A program made the position numbers and the translations under genes. DNA of 64,000 nt from an uncultured Clostridia bacterium (lineage in GTDB: Bacteria > Bacillota > Clostridia > UBA1381). Below are positions 30,148 to 39,328 of this stretch, piece by piece (the stretch's first letter is position 1; every line of letters begins with the position of its first letter). The stretch is taken from the NCBI GenBank assembly GCA_910579415.1, contig CAJTUY010000001.1, forward strand, positions 39,864-103,863. Direction: 5' to 3'. Under the pieces are notes generated by a model, which saw nothing but the letters and a program-made list of their open reading frames with translations, was not told the origin of the DNA and did not search any database.

Positions 30148-31266
30148 ATGAGAAGAGATACTATGGGCATTATTCTGACCAATAACGACAGAATACCGCC
30201 TATTACGGATATAAGAGCAAACAGCGCATTGCCTATCGCGGGCAGATACAGAATAATAGATTTTGTTTTATCTAATATGGCAAATGCAGGTATTACCAAT
30301 ATCGGAGTTGCAACCGAGTCTAACTATTCTTCGCTTATGGACCATATAAAGTCAGGTAAGCCGTGGGATTTGGACAGAAAGAACTGGGGACTGAGCGTGC
30401 TGCCGCCAAGCCTTGAAAAAATGACTTACGGAGCAATTAAGGGCAATATTGATATGCTTGCAGGCATAAGCGATTTCATTCAGAGAAGCCAGCAGACATA
30501 TGTGGTATTGTCGCTCGGAAACAGTATTTATAATGTTGATTTTGCGGATGTTGTAAATGAGCATATTGAAAGACAGGCGGATATTACGATTTTATATAAG
30601 GATATGCGCGGTTCGGAGGAAAAGGAACTTTCAAGATTTACAATGCTGGAGCTTGATGACGAAAAGCGTGTTACAGATATTGAGGTACAGCCGTATTATC
30701 CGAAGACACATACTGCAAGTATGGACGTTTATGTTATGGAAAAGGCTCTGCTTGAAAGTATAGTTGATGAATGCAGCGCGCGCGGCGATAGGGATTTTGT
30801 CAAGGACGCGCTTGTAAAAAAGATGCAGGGACTTCGTATTTACGGTTATGAGCATACAGGATATACGGATAAAATCGATTCACTTAAGTCATATTATAAA
30901 AATAATATGAATTTCCTTGATAAGGATATAAGACGTGAACTGTTCAATCCTGAAAATCCGATATATACAAAAACAAAGGACCAGTCGCCGACAAAGTACG
31001 GCGCAGAGGCTGTTGTACAAAACAGCTTTATATCTGACGGTTGTACAATTGAAGGAACGGTTATCAACTGTATTCTGTCGCGCGGAGTTAAAGTCGAAAA
31101 GGGCGCGGTTATAAAAAATTCTATTATAATGCAGGACTCCATTATTGAGGAGGACGTTGATTTAAGTCATGTTGTATTTGATAAGGAAGTTTATATAACA
31201 AAGGGACGAAAACTTATAGGACAGGAAAGTTATCCGCTGGCAATTTCAAAAGGCACAAGAATTTGA
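30148..31266 (+). CDS. glgD: Glucose-1-phosphate adenylyltransferase subunit GlgD
   Basis: LPIAGRYRIIDF, SLMDHIKSGKPWDLDRK; follows glgC. Confidence 0.93.
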   Translation: MRRDTMGIILTNNDRIPPITDIRANSALPIAGRYRIIDFVLSNMANAGITNIGVATESNYSSLMDHIKSGKPWDLDRKNWGLSVLPPSLEKMTYGAIKGNIDMLAGISDFIQRSQQTYVVLSLGNSIYNVDFADVVNEHIERQADITILYKDMRGSEEKELSRFTMLELDDEKRVTDIEVQPYYPKTHTASMDVYVMEKALLESIVDECSARGDRDFVKDALVKKMQGLRIYGYEHTGYTDKIDSLKSYYKNNMNFLDKDIRRELFNPENPIYTKTKDQSPTKYGAEAVVQNSFISDGCTIEGTVINCILSRGVKVEKGAVIKNSIIMQDSIIEEDVDLSHVVFDKEVYITKGRKLIGQESYPLAISKGTRI

Positions 31267-31340
31267 TTGGAAATACATAATAGGACTGCCCGTTTAACAG
31301 GGCAGCCCTGTTGAATTTATATGTAATTTAATCATAAATC

Positions 31341-31369
31341 TTGACAAAGAAATTGAAAAAGTATAATAT
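31341..31369 (+). promoter_or_regulatory. Internal promoter before glgA
   Basis: TTGACA-17-TAATAT, downstream of a hairpin at 31282-31309. Confidence 0.55.
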
Positions 31370-31387
31370 TTAAGGAGAGGAATTACT

Positions 31388-33160
31388 ATGAAGGTATTAT
31401 TTGCCACCTCAGAAGCCGCGCCGTTTGTAAAAACGGGCGGACTCGGCGATGTTGCAGGCTCGCTGCCGTCTACGCTTCGTGAAAAAGGCGTTGACGCGCG
31501 CGTTATTCTGCCTTTGTATAACTGTATACCGCAGGAATACAAGGATAAAATGAAATATATTGACCATATTTATATTGATATGGCATGGAGAAAGCAGTAT
31601 GCGGGAGTTTTTGAACTTGAGCATAACGGATGTATTTATTATTTTGTTGATAATAAATTCTACTTTAACGGTGACAAGCCCTATGACTATATTCATCTCG
31701 ATTGCGAGAAGTTTATATTCTTTTCAAAGGCAGTACTGTCGCTTTTGCCGACGCTTGATTTCAGACCTGACGTAATTAACTGCAACGACTGGCAGACAGG
31801 TCCTGTTCCCGTATTCCTTGATACTTTTCAGGATAACCCTTTTTATCGCGGAATTAAGACTATTATGACTATTCATAATCTGAAATTTCAGGGAAGATGG
31901 GATTTCAAGAAGATTAAGGACGCAATGGGTATAAGCGACTACTATTTTACGCCCGACAAGCTTGAATTTTACAGGGACGCAAACCTGTTAAAGGGCGGAA
32001 TGGTATATGCAAATAAGATTACCACCGTAAGCTCGACATATGCCGGAGAGATTACAACTGAGGAATACGGCGAGGGACTTCACAGTCTTCTTAATGCAAG
32101 ACGTGATGACCTTGTCGGTATAGTGAACGGTATTTCATATACTGACTGGAATCCTCAGACAGACAAGTCGATTTACACGAATTATACGGCAAAGACTGTT
32201 CATACAAAGAAACTTGAAAACAAGCTTAAGCTTCAGGCTGAACTGGGACTGCCTGTTGACCCGAACAAAATGATGGTTGGTATTGTTTCCCGTCTTACAG
32301 ACCAGAAGGGCTTTGACCTTGTGGCATATAAGATTGAGGAACTTTGCGCAGGCGGTTTGCAGGTTGTGGTGCTTGGAACAGGTGATGAGAAATATGAGAA
32401 TTTATTCAGACATTATGCATGGAAGTATCCTGACAGACTGTCTGCTCAGATTTATTTCTCAAATGAGATGTCGCACAAGATTTATGCCGCGTCAGATGCA
32501 TTTCTGATGCCGTCTAGGTTTGAACCCTGCGGCTTGTCGCAGCTTATAAGTCTTCGGTACGGAACCGTTCCGATTGTTCGTGAAACAGGCGGTTTAAAGG
32601 ATACCGTAATGCCGTATAATGAATATACGGGCGAGGGTACGGGCTTCTCGTTTGCAAACTATAATGCGGACGAAATGATGAATATTATCTGGTATGCTAT
32701 GAATATTTATTATGACAGAAAAGACGAATGGAATAACATAATAGATAATGGCATGGCGGTGGATTATTCATGGAATGTATCAGCAGATAAATATATTGAC
32801 CTGTATAAAAATGTTACCGGAATATACGAGGATTTAAAGCCGGCAGTAAAAAAAAGCACTTCTAAAAAAAAGACAGTAAAGAAGGCTGAGCCTAAAAAGA
32901 ATACCTTTGAGGACAGTTTAAAAACCGACGCTGATGCTGCTGCCGACAAGGCTGCTCAAAATGCTAAAGAGCCTGAGATAATTAAAATTGATAATCCTTT
33001 CGGTGATGACGTAAAGACGGTGAAAAAACCGGCTGCAAAGAAGACAGCGGCTAAAAAAACTGCTTCAAAGACGACTTCGTCAAAGACAGCAGCCGCTAAA
33101 AAAACAACAGCTAAAAAGCCTTCCGCATCGAAAAAAGATGTAAAGGCAGACAAGGGGTAA
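31388..33160 (+). CDS. glgA: Glycogen synthase with ~110-aa low-complexity Lys/Ala/Thr C-terminal extension
   Basis: KTGGLGDV, NDWQ, SRLTDQKG, PSRFEPCGLSQ. Confidence 0.96.
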   Translation: MKVLFATSEAAPFVKTGGLGDVAGSLPSTLREKGVDARVILPLYNCIPQEYKDKMKYIDHIYIDMAWRKQYAGVFELEHNGCIYYFVDNKFYFNGDKPYDYIHLDCEKFIFFSKAVLSLLPTLDFRPDVINCNDWQTGPVPVFLDTFQDNPFYRGIKTIMTIHNLKFQGRWDFKKIKDAMGISDYYFTPDKLEFYRDANLLKGGMVYANKITTVSSTYAGEITTEEYGEGLHSLLNARRDDLVGIVNGISYTDWNPQTDKSIYTNYTAKTVHTKKLENKLKLQAELGLPVDPNKMMVGIVSRLTDQKGFDLVAYKIEELCAGGLQVVVLGTGDEKYENLFRHYAWKYPDRLSAQIYFSNEMSHKIYAASDAFLMPSRFEPCGLSQLISLRYGTVPIVRETGGLKDTVMPYNEYTGEGTGFSFANYNADEMMNIIWYAMNIYYDRKDEWNNIIDNGMAVDYSWNVSADKYIDLYKNVTGIYEDLKPAVKKSTSKKKTVKKAEPKKNTFEDSLKTDADAAADKAAQNAKEPEIIKIDNPFGDDVKTVKKPAAKKTAAKKTASKTTSSKTAAAKKTTAKKPSASKKDVKADKG

Positions 33161-33197
33161 GCTCTTGTATATAGAAAATAAAAGGGGAGTAAAAAAT

Positions 33198-35666
33198 ATG
33201 GCACAAGCTAAAACATCAAAGCTTACGGCTTCTGAGGAAGCACTGAAAAAAGAAATTATAGGCAAAGTAAACAGACACTTCGGTAAAGTAATGGAGGAAG
33301 CTACTCCGCATATGGTCTATACGGCGTGCGCGCTTACTGTAAGAGATAAAATTATGGAGCAGTGGGCAAAATCTCATCAGACTGTAAAAAAAATGGGCGC
33401 AAAAAAGCTGTATTATCTGTCATTCGAATTTCTGATGGGCAGACTTTTATGCACAAATATTTTAAATCTGCTGCAGACTGACACATATCAGCATGTTTTG
33501 GAGGATTTGGGTTATTCGCTTCCTGAGATTGCAGAGCTGGAAAATGATGCGGGACTCGGCAACGGCGGACTTGGCAGACTTGCCGCTTGCTTTATAGACT
33601 CGCTTACGACAATGGATTTACCTGCTTACGGCTGTACAATTCGTTATGAGTACGGTCTTTTCAGACAGAAAATTGTTGACGGCTATCAGACAGAATTACC
33701 AGACTCATGGCTTGATCATGGTAACGCGTGGGAAATTGCAAGACCTGAGGAAACGGTTGAAGTAAAATTCGGCGGCGAGGTCTATACTGATTGGGTAGAC
33801 GGAAAATTTGTCTGCAACTATAATAATTCGCATACAATTTTAGCTATGCCGTATGACGTTCCGCTGTGCGGTTATAAATCAAAAATAGTTAATAAGCTTA
33901 GATTATGGAGTTCAAAATCTCCTGACCATCTTGATATGAAGGCATTCAATCAGGGTGATTATGTACGCGCTATTGAAGAAAAGGAGCTTGCTGAGGTTAT
34001 TTCAAAGGTGCTTTATCCTGAGGATAATCATACAGAGGGTAAGGAGTTAAGACTGAAACAGCAATATTTCCTTGTATCAGCTACATTGCAGTGGATTTTG
34101 AAGGAATTTGAAGAAAGAAACGGTCAGGATTGGTCAAAAATCCCTGAAAAGGTAGTTATCCATATAAATGATACCCACCCGACAATGGCAATTCCGGAAA
34201 TGATGCGTCTTCTGATGGACGAAAGAGGACTTGGTTGGGAAGAGGCATGGGATATTGTTACACATACTTTTGCCTATACAAATCATACTGTAATGAGCGA
34301 GGCTCTTGAAAAATGGCCGCTTGATATGTTCAGAAAAATTCTTCCGCGTCTTTACATGATAGTGGAGGAAATGAACAGACGTCTTATGGAACAGCTTGAA
34401 AGAGTATATCCGGGTGACCATGCAAAGCATAAGTATATGGCTATAATTTCCGATAATCAGGTATTTATGGCTAATATGTGTCTTGCAAGCTGTTTTGCTG
34501 TAAACGGTGTTTCAAAGCTTCATACAGATATTTTGAAAAAGGATATTTTTGCTGATTATTATAACATGAATAACAGTGAATTTTACGCTATTACAAATGG
34601 TATTACTTTCAGACGCTGGATTGCAAACTGTAATCCTGCCCTGACGGAGCTTATATCATCAAAAATAGGCAATGAATGGATTAAGGATGCAAAGCATCTT
34701 GATAAGCTTAAAAAGTATGCGAAGGATAAGGAATTCAAGAAGCAGTTTGCAGAAATTAAGCATCAGAATAAAGTTAATCTTGCAGAATATATTAAAGAGC
34801 ATAACGGAATTGAGGTTGACCCTGATTCTATATTTGATGTGCAGTGTAAGCGACTGCATGAGTATAAGCGTCAGATGATGAATGTGCTTCATATACTGGC
34901 TGAGTATAACCGTCTGTTGGAAGACAGTGCATATCTTGAAAAATATTATCCGAAAACATATATTTTCGGCGCCAAGGCTGCTCCGGGATATACGAGAGCG
35001 AAGCTTATAATTAAGCTTATCAATTCAATCGGTGAAATGATAAATAACGACACGCGAATTAAAGATAAGATTAAGGTTGTATTTATCGAAAACTATGGTG
35101 TTTCAATAGCTGAAAAGCTTATAATTGCGGCTGATATTTCAGAGCAGATTTCAACAGCTGGCAAGGAAGCTTCGGGAACAGGTAATATGAAGTTTATGCT
35201 GAACGGAGCTGTTACAATAGGTACGCTTGATGGCGCTAATGTTGAAATGCTTGAGCAGGTGGGTGAGGATAATATTTATATCTTCGGATTGAAAGCTGAC
35301 GAGGTTGCCGCAAGAGTTAAGTTTGCGGGCGCTGACGAGGTGAAGGATATTTATTCGTCAAATACAGCCCTTCGCCGCGCTCTTGAGCAGCTTATTGACG
35401 GAACGATTGTACCTGAGCATCAGATGTTCCGCGACCTTTACCAGACTCTTCTGTTTGGTGATTACGGTTTCCCAGATACTTATATGGTTATCAGGGACTT
35501 TGAGGAATATATGAAGACTCAGGAGCAGATGTCGATTGATTATCAGAATAGGGATAAATGGATTGAGATGGCAATAATGAACACTGCAAGCGCAGGCTTC
35601 TTCTCAAGTGACAGAACAATCGGAAATTATAACGATAATATTTGGCATTTAAAGCCTATTAAATAA
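33198..35666 (+). CDS. glgP: Glycogen/alpha-glucan phosphorylase
   Basis: GLGNGGLGRLAACF, KRLHEYKRQ, EASGTGNMKF. Confidence 0.96.
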   Translation: MAQAKTSKLTASEEALKKEIIGKVNRHFGKVMEEATPHMVYTACALTVRDKIMEQWAKSHQTVKKMGAKKLYYLSFEFLMGRLLCTNILNLLQTDTYQHVLEDLGYSLPEIAELENDAGLGNGGLGRLAACFIDSLTTMDLPAYGCTIRYEYGLFRQKIVDGYQTELPDSWLDHGNAWEIARPEETVEVKFGGEVYTDWVDGKFVCNYNNSHTILAMPYDVPLCGYKSKIVNKLRLWSSKSPDHLDMKAFNQGDYVRAIEEKELAEVISKVLYPEDNHTEGKELRLKQQYFLVSATLQWILKEFEERNGQDWSKIPEKVVIHINDTHPTMAIPEMMRLLMDERGLGWEEAWDIVTHTFAYTNHTVMSEALEKWPLDMFRKILPRLYMIVEEMNRRLMEQLERVYPGDHAKHKYMAIISDNQVFMANMCLASCFAVNGVSKLHTDILKKDIFADYYNMNNSEFYAITNGITFRRWIANCNPALTELISSKIGNEWIKDAKHLDKLKKYAKDKEFKKQFAEIKHQNKVNLAEYIKEHNGIEVDPDSIFDVQCKRLHEYKRQMMNVLHILAEYNRLLEDSAYLEKYYPKTYIFGAKAAPGYTRAKLIIKLINSIGEMINNDTRIKDKIKVVFIENYGVSIAEKLIIAADISEQISTAGKEASGTGNMKFMLNGAVTIGTLDGANVEMLEQVGEDNIYIFGLKADEVAARVKFAGADEVKDIYSSNTALRRALEQLIDGTIVPEHQMFRDLYQTLLFGDYGFPDTYMVIRDFEEYMKTQEQMSIDYQNRDKWIEMAIMNTASAGFFSSDRTIGNYNDNIWHLKPIK

Positions 35667-35680
35667 GAATAATGCAAAAA

Positions 35681-35709
35681 CAAACAAGACACTTTTCGTG
35701 TCTTGTTTG
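35681..35709 (+). other. Intercistronic 12-bp stem-loop without U-tract
   Basis: CAAACAAGACAC-TTTTC-GTGTCTTGTTTG. Confidence 0.7.
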
Positions 35710-35739
35710 CGGTATTATTGCTTTATAAGGGGATAGATT

Positions 35740-37668
35740 ATGGTTATTGAGCATAACTCAAGAGAAAAATTTTATAGAAGACCGTTTGGGGCGGTTAAGT
35801 GCGGCACAGAGGTCAGATTTCGTGTCAGCGCCGCAGGAATAGGTATTCCGAATGCGGTGCGGCTTGTATATATGCGTGATGGCGAAGAGGAACAACGGGT
35901 AAACATGGCATATCTGTTCAATCAGGCAGATGACTGTATTTATTCCGTTAAGGTCAAAATGCCTGAAAAGGCAGGACTGGTATGGTATTACTTTGAATTT
36001 GCTACTGACAGGGGTATGGTTTATTACGGCAACAACTCGAAAAATCTCGGCGGTTTGGGTGAAATGAGCTTTAATCCGCCTTCAAATTCATTTCAGATAA
36101 CCGTTTACGAAGCTGATTACAAAACACCCGACTGGTTTAAAACTGGTATTGCGTATCAGATTTTTGTTGACCGTTTTTATAACGGAAACGAGGACGGTTC
36201 ATTTTTGGGCGACAGAACCGATATTATAAAAAGAAAATGGAACGAACAGCCGTTTTATAAGGCGGAACAGTTCGGCGGCGAATATAAGGCAAATGACTTT
36301 TTCGGCGGTAATCTTAAAGGAGTAATAAAGAAGCTTCCGTACTTAAAGGATTTAGGAATATCTGTAATATATCTAAATCCGATTTTTAAAGCATATTCAA
36401 ATCATAAATATGATACGGGCGATTATGAAACTATCGACCCGATGTTCGGTGATGAAGAAACATTTAAGGAGCTTTGCAATAAAGCGAGAGATATGGGTAT
36501 ACGTATAATTCTGGACGGTGTATTTAATCACACGGGCAGTAACAGCCGTTATTTTAATAAAAACGGTGAATATGACAGTGTAGGCGCGTATCAATCGCAG
36601 GATTCTCCGTATTATACTTGGTTCAGGTTTATGGACTGGCCTGATATATATGAATCGTGGTGGGGTATGACAACCCTGCCGCAGATTGAGGAGCATAGCG
36701 AGGAATGTAGGAACTATCTGCTGTCGGATAAGAATGCGATTGTAAAACGCTGGATAAGGGACGGCGCGTCCGGCTGGCGGCTTGATGTGGTTGATGAGCT
36801 GCCGGGATTTTTTGTAAAAGAACTCAGAAAAGGCGTTAAGAGTGAAAATGAGGATGCTGTTATAATAGGCGAGGTATGGGAAGACGCTTCAAATAAAAGT
36901 GCCTACGGTGAGCGCCGGGAATATTTTTTGGGAAAAGAGCTTGATTCTGTTATGAATTATCCCATGCGTCTTGCGCTTATTGACGCAGCAAGCGGCAAAA
37001 TTGACGCTGCCGAATTTGATGACCGTCTTATGAGTATTAAGGAAAATTACCCTGCGCCTGCATATTATTCGCTCCTGAATATGGTTACAAGCCATGATGT
37101 TGAGCGTATTATGACTATTATGGGAGATGCGCCTTCACGTCATGATGTATCAAAGGATTATCAGGCGGGATTTACTCTGGACGGATATGCGCTGGAGCTT
37201 GCAAAGGAACGCGCTACGCTCGTTTTGGGACTGCAAATGACCCTGCCGGGTGTGCCTTGTATATTCTACGGTGACGAAATCGGAATGCAGGGCTATGGTG
37301 ACCCGTTCTGCCGTCAGACATTCCCATGGGATAAAATTGATGAAATAGATACTGACGGACGTGTACGAGAGAGATATAAGAATATGATTGCTCTGAGAAA
37401 ACGCTCTAAGGCATTTTCTTTGGGTGAATTTGAATGCGTGCATAAAATCGGTCATGTATACGGATTTATAAGATACTATGATGATGAAAAGTACGTTGTC
37501 ATAGTCAATATGGGTACAACTGAGGAATATGTTCGTATAGACGTTGCAAGATACGGAATACACAAGATGGTATGCGTAACTAAAGAGGTTGAAACAAAAG
37601 AGGCAGGCGATGGAATTTATTATGTTGATATGCCGCGTTTGTGGATAAAGGTATATAAGGCGGAATAG
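35740..37668 (+). CDS. GH13 glycoside hydrolase (neopullulanase/amylopullulanase-like, probable debranching enzyme)
   Basis: YQIFVDRF, LDGVFNH, GWRLDVVDE, GEVWED, SHD, YGDE. Confidence 0.9.
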   Translation: MVIEHNSREKFYRRPFGAVKCGTEVRFRVSAAGIGIPNAVRLVYMRDGEEEQRVNMAYLFNQADDCIYSVKVKMPEKAGLVWYYFEFATDRGMVYYGNNSKNLGGLGEMSFNPPSNSFQITVYEADYKTPDWFKTGIAYQIFVDRFYNGNEDGSFLGDRTDIIKRKWNEQPFYKAEQFGGEYKANDFFGGNLKGVIKKLPYLKDLGISVIYLNPIFKAYSNHKYDTGDYETIDPMFGDEETFKELCNKARDMGIRIILDGVFNHTGSNSRYFNKNGEYDSVGAYQSQDSPYYTWFRFMDWPDIYESWWGMTTLPQIEEHSEECRNYLLSDKNAIVKRWIRDGASGWRLDVVDELPGFFVKELRKGVKSENEDAVIIGEVWEDASNKSAYGERREYFLGKELDSVMNYPMRLALIDAASGKIDAAEFDDRLMSIKENYPAPAYYSLLNMVTSHDVERIMTIMGDAPSRHDVSKDYQAGFTLDGYALELAKERATLVLGLQMTLPGVPCIFYGDEIGMQGYGDPFCRQTFPWDKIDEIDTDGRVRERYKNMIALRKRSKAFSLGEFECVHKIGHVYGFIRYYDDEKYVVIVNMGTTEEYVRIDVARYGIHKMVCVTKEVETKEAGDGIYYVDMPRLWIKVYKAE

Positions 37669-37673
37669 CTGTG

Positions 37674-38480
37674 ATGAGTAACAAATTTTCGGATTATCTG
37701 CTCGTGTCGGATATGGACGCGACGCTTTTAACCAATAAACATAAAATATCGGATAAGAATTGTGAGGCGGTAAATTTCTTTGTATCGCATGGGGGAAGGT
37801 TTACTGTTGCAACAGGCAGAATGAATAATGGCGTGCGTGAACATATGGACCGGATAAGAATAAATGCGCCTGCCATTCTGCATAACGGCGCGCAGATTTA
37901 TGACTTTGAAAATGAAAAGGCGCTCAGCGAGAAATTTATTGAGGAAGACAGAAAAGCGGCAATAAAGCGTGTGTATGAGGATATGCCTGAGCTTGGACTG
38001 GAGATTTACAGCAACGAAACAATTTATGTGTATCGTGAATGTGATGAAACAAAACGCTTTAAGAATCGCAAATATACTAATGTAGTATACGGTGTTCCCG
38101 ACGAGGTCTGGAAGCAGTCATGGATAAAATGTCTTTTAATCGGTGAAAAAAAACTGCTTGATTGTTATGAGCCTGTTTATCGCCGTGATTATGACAGCGG
38201 ATATGCGGTAAGAAGCGGAAAAAAGTATCTTGATATTGTATCGGGTGAAGCATCAAAGGGAATTGCCATTGCTGAACTGAAAAAACTTATCGGAGCGAAA
38301 AAGGTTATAGCTGTCGGTGATAATATGAATGATATATCCATGCTTCAGGCGGCGGATATTTCGTTTGCGGTGGAAAATGCGGAAAAGCGCGTAAAGGAAA
38401 CAGCAGATTTTTTGGCGCCGTCCAATAATGATGACGCGATAGATTATATAATCGGTGAGTTAAATAAAGGAACACTGTAA
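37674..38480 (+). CDS. Cof-type HAD-IIB hydrolase
   Basis: SDMDATLL, ATGR, SKG, GDNMNDISM. Confidence 0.9.
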   Translation: MSNKFSDYLLVSDMDATLLTNKHKISDKNCEAVNFFVSHGGRFTVATGRMNNGVREHMDRIRINAPAILHNGAQIYDFENEKALSEKFIEEDRKAAIKRVYEDMPELGLEIYSNETIYVYRECDETKRFKNRKYTNVVYGVPDEVWKQSWIKCLLIGEKKLLDCYEPVYRRDYDSGYAVRSGKKYLDIVSGEASKGIAIAELKKLIGAKKVIAVGDNMNDISMLQAADISFAVENAEKRVKETADFLAPSNNDDAIDYIIGELNKGTL

Positions 38481-38492
38481 AGTGTTCCTTTT
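38466..38492. terminator. Bidirectional terminator-like hairpin
   Basis: AAAGGAACACT-GTAA-AGTGTTCCTTTT at the junction of convergent genes. Confidence 0.75.
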
Positions 38493-39204
38493 AAATTATA
38501 TACGGTTTTGTTACGGACAGCGGTTCCGAACCCAACGAGCGTAAAAGCTGCATACCTGCTTCACGCGCATCGATGACTGCTGTTTTTACGGCTGAAGCTT
38601 CGCCCGTAAAAATAATTATAACTTCATTGGAATGACTTGTACCGCTGTCCGGACGAAGAGTTTTTACAAGCTCAATCCCAGCCGATTTCATAGCAATATC
38701 GGCAATAACCATACCTATCGGAGCGGGCGATGCGCATACAAAGCCGAACGGCTTGCCTGTCGGCACTTCGAATGCCATATTTATCGCATCGCCGCTCCGT
38801 GCGCTGTATTGAAATTCCATATGCCCTGCTTCACTTATGTAAATCTCGCCTGCGTTTATATCAATATTATGAAGGGCGATTTCTACTGCGCGTCTGGCAT
38901 TGTCAGGAGTTTCACTGCCTATTATAATGAAATTGCCGTGACCACCCCAGCCCTTCGTGTCACGCGGTATTTCTATTGAAATAACCTCTGATGAGGTTGC
39001 CTTGACAGCATCGTCAACCGCCTGTATCTGAGCGCCTGCGCCTGTACGGGAGCCGATAAGACCGATTGAATGAAATTTGTCAGGGATATTCATATGTTTT
39101 CTTAGTTCGACGTCGACATTTGCAATTACAAGTCCGATGGTATCGCATACGGCAGCGCCTACAAATTGCGTAAGACTGCATTTTCCGAACATATCATTTT
39201 TCAT
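38491..39204 (-). CDS. pduB: Bacterial microcompartment trimeric shell protein, PduB family
   Basis: FVG..DTIGLVIANVD, SIGLIGSRTGAG, EIPRDTKG, EAGHMEFQYSAR, GTSHSNE, C-terminal PYI, all matching PduB-type sequence. Confidence 0.88.
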   Translation of the reverse strand: MKNDMFGKCSLTQFVGAAVCDTIGLVIANVDVELRKHMNIPDKFHSIGLIGSRTGAGAQIQAVDDAVKATSSEVISIEIPRDTKGWGGHGNFIIIGSETPDNARRAVEIALHNIDINAGEIYISEAGHMEFQYSARSGDAINMAFEVPTGKPFGFVCASPAPIGMVIADIAMKSAGIELVKTLRPDSGTSHSNEVIIIFTGEASAVKTAVIDAREAGMQLLRSLGSEPLSVTKPYII

Positions 39205-39328
39205 GCTATCCCCTCCGTTCTTTTTATACAGTATACCATTTTTTTATACGGTTTGCAACTTTTTTCGCAATATATATTTACCGAAAATGATTTTTGTGGT
39301 ACAATATATAAAGAAAGAAGGTATAGCA

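Noticed and set aside
39077..39328. N-terminal extension of HydG from the ORF track (similar extensions for the SDR, addB, ung, rny)
   Set aside because: The HydG extension overlaps the opposite-strand gene and both promoters; RBS position and homology support the later starts.
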